Assembly (NCBI GenBank): GCA_026770705.1
Contig: JANJGN010000210.1
Location: forward strand, 1 to 64,000
Length of the DNA: 64,000 nucleotides
Origin: Isurus oxyrinchus
Lineage: Eukaryota
Reading direction: 5' to 3'
The notes under the pieces are model-generated. The model searched no databases and had not been told where the DNA came from. It saw only the letters and a list, made by a program, of their open reading frames with translations. Of the stretch, positions 63,990 through 64,000 are shown in pieces. Numbering within the stretch: position 1 is the stretch's first letter; each line of letters opens with the position of its first letter. The translations under genes and the position numbers were made by a program.

Positions 63990-64000
63990 ATGAATCTACT
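63990..64000 (+). other. start of the next V leader exon (cut by window end)
   Basis: ATGAATCTACT in the same context as leader 37306. Confidence 0.75.

Larger units (their letters stand above)
58333..64000 (+). repeat. segmental duplication A, copy 2
   Basis: Colinear with 30445-37320; lacks the 31103 and 32502 insertions. Confidence 0.9.

Noticed and set aside
31000-64000. NAR-TCR, IgHV/TAILV, D or J segments
   Set aside because: No IgNAR/VH-type framework, no octamer promoters, no 12-RSS-flanked D and no FGXG J with donor were seen

Overview
Eukaryotic DNA, almost certainly a cartilaginous fish (shark-type CR1/L2 LINEs, Deu-domain SINEs, Penelope elements). The window covers one edge of a T-cell receptor alpha/delta V-segment array. 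Positions 1-18.5 kb hold a decayed, roughly triplicated cassette of intronless class A (P2Y/LPAR/PAR-like) GPCR pseudogenes. Positions 19-31 kb are mostly retroelements, including a near full-length CR1 interrupted by a Penelope. Positions 31-64 kb hold about 14 V segments with leader exon, intron, V exon and 22-24 bp spacer RSS, in mixed orientation. Three look fully intact (33445, 44271, 46603), one has an intact V exon and near-consensus RSS but a broken leader donor (54273, minus), and the rest are pseudogenes, many arising from three internal duplications. No D, J, C, IgHV/TAILV or NAR-TCR segments were recognised. Main observations: (1) a germline V whose frame reads through its RSS into a GPI/TM-like tail ending on AATAAA; (2) a templated, partly inverted V promoter-leader insertion; (3) CTCF-like motifs next to RSSs and promoters; (4) a promoter-derived module sitting antisense just 3' of several RSSs; (5) a tRNA-headed CR1 LINE with its SINE-like deletion derivative; (6) minimal hammerhead ribozymes in Penelope termini. 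All calls are by eye; no searches were run.
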